The position numbers and the translations under genes are program-made. The notes below the pieces were generated by a model. The model was not told where the DNA came from. It saw only the letters and a program-made list of their open reading frames with translations, and did no database searches. A stretch of DNA of 64,000 bases from Lachnospiraceae bacterium. Its GTDB lineage: Bacteria; Bacillota; Clostridia; Lachnospirales; Lachnospiraceae. The number at the start of each line of letters is the position of its first letter. The stretch's first letter is position 1. The stretch is taken from the NCBI GenBank assembly GCA_045617725.1, contig JAZLJD010000054.1:645-64644 (forward strand). The letters are read 5' to 3'. Below are positions 43,059 to 51,522 of the stretch, piece by piece.

Positions 43059-44465
43059 ATGAAGAAATTTTTAACACTTGTTCTTGCAGGTGCAATGATT
43101 CTTACCCTTGCAGCCTGTGACAAGAAAGATGAGCAGAATCCTGCTCCGGATGCATCCGCAGAACCGACTGCAACCGCAGAGGCTTCCGCTGCACCTTCCA
43201 TGGCTGAGCTTTCCGCAAAGTCTGAAGGCGTTATGACTTATGATGAGTACCTGGCAGCAGCTGTTGATGCGCCTGTTGTAATCGAGACCTACGTACAGGA
43301 TGCACAGTCCTGGTGGGACAACAAGGCTACCGTTTATACCCAGGATCCCGATGGCGCTTACTTCCTTTACGAGCTGACCTGCTCCGAGGAAGATTATGCA
43401 AAACTGGTTCCCGGCACCAAGATTCGCGTAGAAGGCTTCCGTGCAGAGTGGGCCGGCGAGGTTGAAGTAGCTTCCGGTGCAACCTTTACTTTTGTCGAGG
43501 GAGCTCCTACTTACGTAGCAGAACCCGTTGATGTAACCGCGTTCATCGGAACCGACGAGCTTGAGAAGTACATGAATCAGAAGGTCGTTATGAAGAACGC
43601 AATCATCGAATCCGTAAGCTACAAGGGTGGCGAAGCAGGCGATGATATCTATGTTGATGTTAACTACGGCGGCGAGTATTACAGCCTGTGCCTGGAGTAC
43701 TACTTAAATGGTAGCGATGAGGCATTCTACAACAAGGTTGCTTCCCTTAAAGAGGGAGATATCGTTGATATCGAGGGCTTCCTTTACTGGTATTACGGCA
43801 TGAATACCCACATTACCGCTGTTACCGTTACCGGCAGCGTAAACGACAAGTCCGAGGGCGTAATGAGCTATGCAGAGTATGTTGCAGCAGCTGTTGACGA
43901 GCCCGTAGTAATCGAGACCTATGTACAGGCAGCACAGTCCTGGTGGGACAACAAAGCTACCGTTTATACCCAGGATGCTGAGGGCGGTTACTTCCTTTAT
44001 GAGATGGCTTGCTCCGAAGAAGACTACGCAAAACTGGTTCCCGGTACCAAGATCCGTGTAAACGGTTTCCGTGCTGAGTGGGCCGGCGAGATTGAAGTAG
44101 CTTCCGGTTGCACCTTCGAGTTTGTTGACGGACCTTCCTACATTGCAGTTCCCCGTGATGTAACCTACCTTTTGGACAAGGATGAGCTTGCAAATCACAT
44201 GAACAAGATTGTTTACTTCACCAACATGACCGTTAAGTCCGTAGAGTACAAGGGTGGTCAGCCCGGTGACGATATCTACGTAACCATGACCGCTGAGAAC
44301 GGCAACGATTACGATTTCTGCCTTGAGTACTACTTGAACGGCAATGACGAGAAGCTCTACAACAAGGTCGGCAACTTAGAGGCCGGCACCGTAGCCAATG
44401 TTAAGTGCTTCCTCTACTGGTACAACGGAATGAATCCGCACATTACCGCTGTTGACCTCCAGTAG
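43059..44465 (+). CDS. Lipoprotein of unknown function built from two tandem modules of about 200 aa
   Basis: Lipobox LTLAAC. Module 1 (KSEGVMTYDEYLAAAVDAPVVIETYVQDAQSWWDNKATVYTQD...) is repeated as module 2 (KSEGVMSYAEYVAAAVDEPVVIETYVQAAQSWWDNKATVYTQD...). Confidence 0.75.
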   Translation: MKKFLTLVLAGAMILTLAACDKKDEQNPAPDASAEPTATAEASAAPSMAELSAKSEGVMTYDEYLAAAVDAPVVIETYVQDAQSWWDNKATVYTQDPDGAYFLYELTCSEEDYAKLVPGTKIRVEGFRAEWAGEVEVASGATFTFVEGAPTYVAEPVDVTAFIGTDELEKYMNQKVVMKNAIIESVSYKGGEAGDDIYVDVNYGGEYYSLCLEYYLNGSDEAFYNKVASLKEGDIVDIEGFLYWYYGMNTHITAVTVTGSVNDKSEGVMSYAEYVAAAVDEPVVIETYVQAAQSWWDNKATVYTQDAEGGYFLYEMACSEEDYAKLVPGTKIRVNGFRAEWAGEIEVASGCTFEFVDGPSYIAVPRDVTYLLDKDELANHMNKIVYFTNMTVKSVEYKGGQPGDDIYVTMTAENGNDYDFCLEYYLNGNDEKLYNKVGNLEAGTVANVKCFLYWYNGMNPHITAVDLQ

Positions 44466-44758
44466 TATCCATGGGGACCGGAGACGGTGTGTGAAACCGT
44501 GCGCCTCGGTGCTCCCGGTGCATGAAACAGAATAATTGAAGGAAATGGCGTCTGACAAAGTGATGGGCTTGGTGATAGGAATCATGGCCCAAAGCGCTGC
44601 GTCGGACGCTTTTTTTGTGCGCCCGGGAGCTTCCTGGTGATTCGGTTAATTAAGAACCGAAGCACTAGGATACGTATCTTCATCAAATCTTAATCGGAAA
44701 GCATCTTTTATCTTAATACCGCTTTCCATATAATGAATACGTATTGGAGGAAATGAGC

Positions 44759-45457
44759 ATGCCAAACCTATTAATATGTGATGACGAGAAAGATATCGTA
44801 AACGCACTGAAAATCTATCTCTCCGACCCGGATTATACGATTTATGAGGCGTATAACGGCCGCGAAGCGCTTGCGATAGTGGAAACAGAGGAGATTCATC
44901 TGATTCTTCTTGATATTATGATGCCTGTTATGGACGGCATTACTGCGATGGCCGCAATCCGGGCAAAAAGCAATGTCCCGATTATTATCCTTACCGCCAA
45001 GGGCGAAGAAACGGACAAAATCCTGGGGCTTAACGTGGGAGCAGACGATTATGTCACGAAACCATTTAATCCGCTGGAGGTCACAGCCCGTGTCAAATCC
45101 CAACTGCGTCGCTACTTAAAGCTTGGTGGCGGTGCGGTCAGCACCGAGGAATATCATAACGGCGGCATTGAGCTGAACGATCGTACAAAGGAAGTGACGT
45201 TGGATGGCGAACGGGTTCTTCTGACGCCGAAGGAGTATGAAATCTTGAAGCTCTTCATTTCCAATCCCGACCGGGTTTTCTCGCCGAAGGAAATCTACAA
45301 TATTGTCTGGAAGGAAAAACCTTTCGGAACTGACAATACGGTGGCGGTTCACATTCGTCATCTGCGGGAAAAACTTGAAATTAATCCGGCCGAGCCCAGA
45401 TATATAAAGGTTATTTTTGGCCAGGGTTATAAAATGGAAGGAGAAAGAAAAAAATGA
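44759..45457 (+). CDS. OmpR/PhoB-family response regulator
   Basis: Receiver domain (LICDDEKD...LLDIMMP...LTAKG) plus a winged-helix output. ATG 44759 lies 8 nt after ggagg. Confidence 0.9.
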   Translation: MPNLLICDDEKDIVNALKIYLSDPDYTIYEAYNGREALAIVETEEIHLILLDIMMPVMDGITAMAAIRAKSNVPIIILTAKGEETDKILGLNVGADDYVTKPFNPLEVTARVKSQLRRYLKLGGGAVSTEEYHNGGIELNDRTKEVTLDGERVLLTPKEYEILKLFISNPDRVFSPKEIYNIVWKEKPFGTDNTVAVHIRHLREKLEINPAEPRYIKVIFGQGYKMEGERKK

Positions 45458-47130
45458 AGCGGTTTATAAAGACGCTTGCGGGCAAAACAATTCTGTTTGT
45501 TTTGTGCATTACATTTATCAGTCTGTTTTTGGCGTGCGTAGCCTGCGTCGTCATGTGCGCGGAGTCCGGATTGAATTTTTACGGATCGACTTTGGAGGAA
45601 CTTGAGAGGGTAGTAACGGCGAATTATCTGCGGGGATCCTATTATGCAGACATATTTTCGGCGAAACAGGTACTTTATGTGCTGCAGGTTGTTTACGAAG
45701 TGCGGTTTACGTTTTTTCTTGTTATGCTGGGGATTCTGCTTTTGGCAATCGCATGTTTTGTGCCTCTTATGTATGCGGCCGGGCGGAGTCCAAAGACCGA
45801 GGAATTTACGGGAGGACCGCTTTATAAGGTTCCCTTTGACGTTGTTTTGTTTGCCGGCGGAATCTGTGTAATCGGGGAGTTCTGCTTTGCCCATGAAGTG
45901 CTGTGTGACCTGATTCAAAATGATTTTGTCAGTGTCTGTGTTTTCGCAGGGGCATCGATTGTTGCATTGAATGTGTTCCTCGGCTTATGCATGAGCGCTG
46001 CGAGCAGGCTCAAGCAGAATACCTTTTTTAGAAACACCTTGATTTATCGCATTCTTTCTCTTATGTGGAAGGTGTTATGCTATGCATGGAAGAAGTTATG
46101 TAAACTATGCCATTTTGCGGCGGAACTTATCTGCGCAATCCCCATCATATGGAAGACAGGTGTTGCGTATCTGAGCATTTCGTTTTTGGAACTTGTGATT
46201 ATCTGTGCTACGTCCGATGCGACCGAAGTGACGATACTACTGTGGCTCTTTGAAAAAATCCTTCTGCTTCCGGTTGTATTGTTTTTGGCACTGATGCTGA
46301 GACGGCTTCAAAAGAGTGGAATGGCGCTGGCCGCCGGTGACCTTACCTACCACACGGATACTGATAAGCTTTGGTGGGATTTTAAGAAACATGGAGAAAA
46401 TCTGAATCGCATTGCGGAGGGCATGAGCATTGCCGTGGAGGACCGCCTTAAGAGCGAACGCATGAAGACGGAACTCATTACAAATGTCTCGCATGATTTG
46501 AAGACGCCGTTGACTTCAATAGTCAACTATGCCACTTTGATCGGCCAAGAAGAATGTGAGAACCCGAAAGTGGCTGAATATGCGGAAGTTTTGGTGCGAC
46601 AGTCGGAAAAACTGAAGCGACTCATTGAAGATCTGGTAGAGGCGTCCAAGGCGTCGACCGGAAATCTGGATGTTCTGCCGATTCCATGCGATGCTGCTGT
46701 TTTTCTTTCGCAGGCCGCCGGAGAATATGAGGAGAAATTGCAAAAAAGCGAGCTGACGCTGGTTGTGAAGCAACCAGAGGAGGAACTGCGCATCCTGGCG
46801 GACGGCCGACGCATGTGGCGCATTTTTGATAATCTCATGAACAATGCCTGCAAATATGCGCAACCCGGAACTCGCGTGTATCTTTCCCTGCAGAAACAGG
46901 CAGGGAACGCAGTGATTACTTTTAAGAATATATCGCGGGATTCCCTTGATATGACGGAGGAGGAACTGATGGAGCGGTTTACACGCGGCGATTCTTCGCG
47001 GAACACCGAAGGAAACGGACTCGGCCTCTCAATCGCTAAGAGCCTGGCGGAACTGCAGGGCGGCAGCCTGCATGTTGAGATAGACGGCGATTTATTTAAG
47101 GCAATACTGCAATTTCCCTTGGTGGACTAA
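45454..47130 (+). CDS. Sensor histidine kinase with a large polytopic N-terminal region
   Basis: H-box NVSHDLKTPLTSI, N-box DNLMNNACKY, G-box GNGLGLSIAKS. ATG overlaps the response-regulator stop (ATGA). Confidence 0.9.
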   Translation: MKRFIKTLAGKTILFVLCITFISLFLACVACVVMCAESGLNFYGSTLEELERVVTANYLRGSYYADIFSAKQVLYVLQVVYEVRFTFFLVMLGILLLAIACFVPLMYAAGRSPKTEEFTGGPLYKVPFDVVLFAGGICVIGEFCFAHEVLCDLIQNDFVSVCVFAGASIVALNVFLGLCMSAASRLKQNTFFRNTLIYRILSLMWKVLCYAWKKLCKLCHFAAELICAIPIIWKTGVAYLSISFLELVIICATSDATEVTILLWLFEKILLLPVVLFLALMLRRLQKSGMALAAGDLTYHTDTDKLWWDFKKHGENLNRIAEGMSIAVEDRLKSERMKTELITNVSHDLKTPLTSIVNYATLIGQEECENPKVAEYAEVLVRQSEKLKRLIEDLVEASKASTGNLDVLPIPCDAAVFLSQAAGEYEEKLQKSELTLVVKQPEEELRILADGRRMWRIFDNLMNNACKYAQPGTRVYLSLQKQAGNAVITFKNISRDSLDMTEEELMERFTRGDSSRNTEGNGLGLSIAKSLAELQGGSLHVEIDGDLFKAILQFPLVD

Positions 47131-47141
47131 TGGAGAGCTTG

Positions 47142-47190
47142 GAAGAATAGGGAAATGAAAGAATAGGGGAAATGAAAGAATAGGGGAAAT
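47142..47190. repeat. Short tandem repeat (15-17-bp unit gaaagaataggggaaat, 3 copies)
   Basis: Direct reading of 47142-47190. Confidence 0.85.
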
Positions 47191-47218
47191 GGAACGATAG
47201 AGATACAAGGAGATTTTG

Positions 47219-47246
47219 GGGACTGCGGCGACGCAGTCCCTTTTTT
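47219..47246. terminator. Bidirectional-looking Rho-independent terminator
   Basis: gggactgcg / cgcagtccc stem, gcga loop, T6 downstream on the + strand. Confidence 0.75.
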
Positions 47247-47257
47247 ACGGAAGGATG

Positions 47258-47420
47258 CTTGAAAACGAAGCGGCGCCGTACCTGGCAAAGCGGCGCTTGA
47301 AAACGAAGCGGCGCCGTACCCGGCGAAGCGGCGCCTGAAAACGAGGCGGCGCCGTACCCGGCGAAGCGGCGCCTGAAAACGAAGCGGCGCCGTACCTGGC
47401 GAAGCGGCGCTTGAAAACTA
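47258..47420. repeat. Tandem repeat, 38-bp unit, 4 copies plus a partial copy
   Basis: Units start at 47258, 47296, 47334 and 47372 (c[t/c]tgaaaacga[a/g]gcggcgccgtacc[t/c]ggc[a/g]aagcggcg). There is an internal 19-bp sub-period ending in aagcggcgc. Confidence 0.9.
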
Positions 47421-47645
47421 AGACAGGGTCTTCAGCGTCTCGAAAAGCTCGAGGTCGGATGCGGTCACCTTGATATTGGTGTCGATGACGCGACCATCCG
47501 GTTCTGTGACGGTAATCGACAGAATCGTGCCTTCGGGCACGCCGGCCTGCTTCACTGCGTTTAAGAACAAAGGAAATTTCGGATGGTTTCCGGTGAAGGT
47601 CTCCCAAGCTCCTTTTATTTTAAAAATTGCCTGCATATTGTTCAT
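47418..47645 (-). CDS. Small hypothetical protein (75 aa)
   Basis: ATG 47645 preceded by the gaggaggt RBS. MNNMQAIFKIKGAWETFTGNHPKFPLFLNAVKQ...; no domain recognised. Confidence 0.55.
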   Translation of the reverse strand: MNNMQAIFKIKGAWETFTGNHPKFPLFLNAVKQAGVPEGTILSITVTEPDGRVIDTNIKVTASDLELFETLKTLS

Positions 47646-47687
47646 AATAATACCTCCTCGTTGGGGCTTTTTGTTTTTGGCCAATAG

Positions 47688-47897
47688 AATTATACCATAA
47701 GTCGATACGCGGTAATAATATTATATTCGTCCGGCTGGGAATTACTTGTTGTGTTTGGGTTTGCAATAGCTTATGTACTGATATCAGCATTGGTAATTTT
47801 TAATGCAGAGCCGGAAACGTTTCAAACTATGTACGATGCGATTTATTGGGCAACCATATCATTAACAAACTTTCCTAAATTTCCCGGAATCCTCTAA
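47688..47897 (+). pseudogene. Internal relic of a K+ channel (ion-transport family) gene, cut at the selectivity filter
   Basis: The frame reads ...GWELLVVFGFAIAYVLISALVIFNAEPETFQTMYDAIYWATISLT and then diverges (NFPKFPGIL*) exactly where TVGYGD is expected. No start codon, and the upstream helices are missing. Confidence 0.6.
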
Positions 47898-47932
47898 GAA
47901 ACAGCTCATTTTCACCCCATTTTGACATTTTC

Positions 47933-48226
47933 ACATCGGGATTAAGGAAAATTCGGAAATGCGATGTAATTTTTGGCTGAAAAATGGTCTTGGTGACATC
48001 GGGATTTGCAATTATTGAATATTCCGCCGTATAGTGACGTGGGAAATCTCTGAAAATGACATCGGAAATTTTGAATAGGAATATCTCGATGTCATATATG
48101 TTATGTAAACCACAAGAAAGAACTGAAAATACATCGAGAGAGATGTGATTTGTGAATTCCGCTGTTTAGATTTTGTCTTAGAATTCTTTGCGACATCGCG
48201 ATAAGCCGAAATAGAGAAATCCGATG
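47933..48226. repeat. Degenerate periodic array (about 63 bp) of the motif (G)ACATCGGGA
   Basis: ACATCG at 47933, 47996, 48059, 48131 and 48193 (spacing 63, 63, 72, 62). Unit boundaries resemble ctgaaaat(g)acatcgg. Confidence 0.6.
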
Positions 48227-48300
48227 CCTCGGGCCGACCCCAACAAGCCTTGGGCCGGCCCCAACAAGCCTCGGGCCGGCCCCAACAAGCCACCCGCCGG
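48227..48300. repeat. Tandem repeat, 21-bp unit, 3 copies plus a partial copy
   Basis: cctcgggccgaccccaacaag / ccttgggccggccccaacaag / cctcgggccggccccaacaag. Confidence 0.9.
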
Positions 48301-48306
48301 CACATC

Positions 48307-48349
48307 ACTTTATCGCTTTAATGTGATAAATACCCCCGTCCCCATTGAT
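48307..48349 (+). repeat. Third copy of the arm sequence of the 37919-38179 palindromic element
   Basis: actttatcgctttaatgtgataaatacccccgtccccattga compared with right arm actttagtgctttaatgtgatagaagcccccgtccccattga. Confidence 0.7.
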
Positions 48350-48382
48350 TCCCCATTGATCCCCCCCTCGCAACATCCCCTA

Positions 48383-48411
48383 TTGACGCCACCCCGTCCC
48401 CGTGCTATATT
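48383..48411 (+). promoter_or_regulatory. Sigma-A-type promoter for the valS leader
   Basis: TTGACG (48383-48388), 17-nt spacer, TATATT (48406-48411). Confidence 0.5.
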
Positions 48412-48424
48412 GACAAAGTAAAAG

Positions 48425-48700
48425 CAATGACGAAGAGGAGTAGCGTTCAAAGGCTTCGACAGAGAAGAGCCCCGGTTGTTTCAAAGACCGGCTGGAAGGG
48501 CTCGCGAGGAGTTGGATGTGAAGGTAGCTTCCGAGCCGGCAGGCTGAACATTTCGATTAGTAGGCATGCACGCGAGCGCCCGTTACAGCGCAGATGAATC
48601 CGCAAGAGATTGAAGGTTCGTCACAGAGGCCGGGATTCCGGTGAACAAAGGTGGTACCGCGTTTATGACGCCCTTTGCATAGGCAGAGGGCGTTTTTGTT
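48425..48700 (+). promoter_or_regulatory. T-box riboswitch leader (valine-specific by context)
   Basis: AGAGA-type box (cagagaag). Candidate Val specifier codons GUG at 48518 and GUA at 48524. T-box sequence AAAGGUGGUACCGCG (48647-48661). Terminator gccct...agggcg + T5 (48668-48698). Confidence 0.85.
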
Positions 48701-48853
48701 ATGGCAACGAGCCAAGTGGACACCGCGCTTGCGCGGGTGGACATTTGGCGACTGCTAATCATCTGTCGGGCGAAGCCTGGCAGATGTCCCGATAGATAAA
48801 CGAACCCGAAGCCCTTCAGAACAATAAATTCACAAACATGAAGGAGGACCATT

Positions 48854-51511
48854 ATGAGTCAGGAACTGAGCAAGACTTACAACCCTCAGGAGATGGAAGA
48901 CCGTATCTACGCAAGATGGATGGAAAAAAAGTACTTCCACGCTGAGGTAAACCCCGAAAAGAAACCGTTTACAATCGTTATTCCGCCCCCGAACATCACG
49001 GGACAGCTGCACATGGGACATGCCCTTGACAATACCATGCAGGATATTCTGATCCGCTTTAAGCGTATGCAGGGCTATGAAGCACTTTGGCAGCCCGGAA
49101 CCGATCACGCAAGTATCGCGACCGAGGTCAAGATTCTTGAGAAACTCAAGGAGCAGGGCATCACGAAGGATGACCTTACCAGAGAGGAATTCCTTGAGAA
49201 AGCATGGGCCTGGAAAAAAGAATACGGTGGAAGAATCGTCAGCCAGCTGAAGAAGCTGGGCTCCTCCTGTGACTGGGACAGAGAGCGTTTCACCATGGAC
49301 GAAGGCTGCAACAAGGCAGTAGAGGAAGTCTTCTGCAAGATGTATGCCAAGGGCTGGATTTACCAGGGCAGCCGTATCATTAACTGGTGCCCGGTTTGCC
49401 ATACTTCCATTTCCGACGCGGAAGTTGAGTATGAGGAGCAGGCAGGTCATTTTTGGCACATTAAGTATCCGGTAGTAGATGAAAAAGGCAACAGAACCGG
49501 CGAGTTCGTTGAATTTGCAACCACCCGTCCCGAAACCATGCTGGGCGATACGGCAGTAGCCGTTAATCCGGAGGACGAAAGATACAGCGGCATTGTTGGC
49601 AAGTTCGTATTCGTACCGTTTGTTGACCGAATCATCCCGGTTATTTCCGATTTTTACGTAGACAAGGAGTTCGGTACCGGTGTTGTTAAGATTACTCCGG
49701 CCCATGACCCGAACGACTTTGAAGTAGGCAAGCGTCACAACCTTCCCGAAATCAACATCTTAAACGATGATGCCACCATCAATGAAAACGGCGGCAAGTT
49801 TAAGGGAATGGACCGCTATGAAGCAAGAAAGCAGATTGTAAAAGAGCTGGATGAAATGGGTCTTTTGGTTTACATCGAGGACTACAGCCACAACGTTGGC
49901 ACCCACGACCGTTGCAAGACCACCATCGAGCCCATGATTAAGCAACAGTGGTTCGTTAAGATGGACGAGCTCATCAAGCCCGCAGTTGCTGCCATCAAAA
50001 ACGGCGAGATCCGTCTGGTTCCCGACCGTATGGACAAAACGTATTACAACTGGACCGACAATATCCGCGACTGGTGTATTTCCCGTCAGCTCTGGTGGGG
50101 CCACAGAATCCCCGCTTACACCTGCACAAAGTGCGGCAAGCTGATGGTTAACAAGGGCGGCGCTCCGGCATCCTGCAGCTGCGGTTGCACGGAATTTACG
50201 CAGGACCCCGACACCCTGGACACCTGGTTCTCTTCCGCACTCTGGCCCTTCTCCACACTGGGCTGGCCCGAGAAGACCCCGGAACTTGAATATTTCTACC
50301 CGACCGATGTACTTGTAACCGGTTACGACATCATCTTCTTCTGGGTAATCCGTATGATTTTCTCAGGCTATGAGCAGATGGGCCAAAGACCATTCCACAC
50401 CGTTTTGTTCCATGGCCTCGTTCGCGACAGCCAGGGACGCAAGATGAGCAAGTCCCTCGGAAACGGTATCGATCCGCTTGAAATCATCGACAAGTACGGC
50501 GCCGATGCACTTCGTCTCACCCTGATCACCGGAAACGCACCCGGAAACGACATGCGTTTCTACTACGAGAAGGTCGAGGCCAGCCGTAACTTTGCGAACA
50601 AGATTTGGAATGCTTCCCGTTTCATTATGATGAATATGGAAGGCAAAAAAGTACCTGCCGATGCAGACCGTTTCTTGGAGCCCGTTGACAAGTGGATCAT
50701 CTCCAAGATGAACGACTTAATCAAGGATGTAACCGATCATATGGAAGCGTACGATCTGGGCATTGCGGTTCAGAAAATTTACGATTTCATTTGGGATGAA
50801 TTCTGCGATTGGTACATTGAAATGGTTAAGCCCAGATTGTATAATGGAGATGATGTGAACTCGCAGAATGCGGCCCTTTGGACCCTGCAGTATGTTTTAC
50901 TGGATGCACTGAAACTGTTGCATCCCTATATGCCTTTTATTACCGAGGAAATATTCTGCACGCTTCAGAGTGAGGAGGAATCCATCATGGTTTCTTCCTG
51001 GCCCGTATACGATGAACACAGAAACTACGCTGCAGAAGAGCATGCAATCGAGATTCTGAAGGAAGCCGTACGCGGCATCCGTAATATCAGAACCTCCATG
51101 AACGTAGCACCCAGCCGTAAGGCTTGCGTATACGTTGTCAGCGAGGATGCTTCCGTTCGGAACATCTTTGAGGAGGGCAAGCTGTTTTTTGGCTCCCTGT
51201 CGTATGCTTCGCAGGTATTGGTACAGTCGGACAAGGCAGGCATTGCTCCCGACGCCGTAAGTGTTATGGCACAAGGGGCTGTCATCTACATGCCGTTTGC
51301 GGATCTTGTAGATATCGCGGCTGAAATCGATCGACTTAAGAAGGAACGCGAGCGCCTTATGGGTGAGGTTGCACGTGTTCAGGGAATGCTTTCCAACGAG
51401 CGCTTTATGATGAAGGCACCGGAAGCCAAGGTTGCCGAAGAGAAGGCCAAGCTCGAGAAATATACGCAGATGCTTTCGCAGGTTGAGGAGAGACTTTCAC
51501 AGCTTGCATAA
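48854..51511 (+). CDS. valS: Valine--tRNA ligase
   Basis: 885 aa. HMGH, KMSKS, and a C-terminal coiled coil. Confidence 0.95.
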   Translation: MSQELSKTYNPQEMEDRIYARWMEKKYFHAEVNPEKKPFTIVIPPPNITGQLHMGHALDNTMQDILIRFKRMQGYEALWQPGTDHASIATEVKILEKLKEQGITKDDLTREEFLEKAWAWKKEYGGRIVSQLKKLGSSCDWDRERFTMDEGCNKAVEEVFCKMYAKGWIYQGSRIINWCPVCHTSISDAEVEYEEQAGHFWHIKYPVVDEKGNRTGEFVEFATTRPETMLGDTAVAVNPEDERYSGIVGKFVFVPFVDRIIPVISDFYVDKEFGTGVVKITPAHDPNDFEVGKRHNLPEINILNDDATINENGGKFKGMDRYEARKQIVKELDEMGLLVYIEDYSHNVGTHDRCKTTIEPMIKQQWFVKMDELIKPAVAAIKNGEIRLVPDRMDKTYYNWTDNIRDWCISRQLWWGHRIPAYTCTKCGKLMVNKGGAPASCSCGCTEFTQDPDTLDTWFSSALWPFSTLGWPEKTPELEYFYPTDVLVTGYDIIFFWVIRMIFSGYEQMGQRPFHTVLFHGLVRDSQGRKMSKSLGNGIDPLEIIDKYGADALRLTLITGNAPGNDMRFYYEKVEASRNFANKIWNASRFIMMNMEGKKVPADADRFLEPVDKWIISKMNDLIKDVTDHMEAYDLGIAVQKIYDFIWDEFCDWYIEMVKPRLYNGDDVNSQNAALWTLQYVLLDALKLLHPYMPFITEEIFCTLQSEEESIMVSSWPVYDEHRNYAAEEHAIEILKEAVRGIRNIRTSMNVAPSRKACVYVVSEDASVRNIFEEGKLFFGSLSYASQVLVQSDKAGIAPDAVSVMAQGAVIYMPFADLVDIAAEIDRLKKERERLMGEVARVQGMLSNERFMMKAPEAKVAEEKAKLEKYTQMLSQVEERLSQLA

Positions 51512-51522
51512 AGGGGAATTGA

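Noticed and set aside
44540-44640. 31-codon ORF (MASDKVMGLVIGIMAQSAASDAFFVRPGASW) and a long-loop hairpin gcgtctgac...gtcggacgc + T7 downstream of the duplicated lipoprotein gene.
   Set aside because: The SD spacing is poor (AAGGA only 1-2 nt from the ATG) and I have no conservation evidence. The hairpin is most simply the terminator of the lipoprotein gene, although its loop is long.
47245-47607. 120-aa minus-strand ORF with repeated RRFARYGAASFS segments, and the ORFs at 32790-33059 and 48012-48421.
   Set aside because: Their reading frames are generated by the 38-, 33- and 21-bp tandem repeats. They have no RBS and overlap better-supported features.
47933-48300. CRISPR array hypothesis for the periodic arrays of about 62-63 bp (also 33006-33244).
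   Set aside because: The period fits CRISPR geometry, but only about 10-13 nt of each 'repeat' are conserved. The units vary in length (62-72 bp), no cas genes are in the window, and the two arrays contain internal inverted copies of the motif. I report them as motif arrays, not CRISPR.
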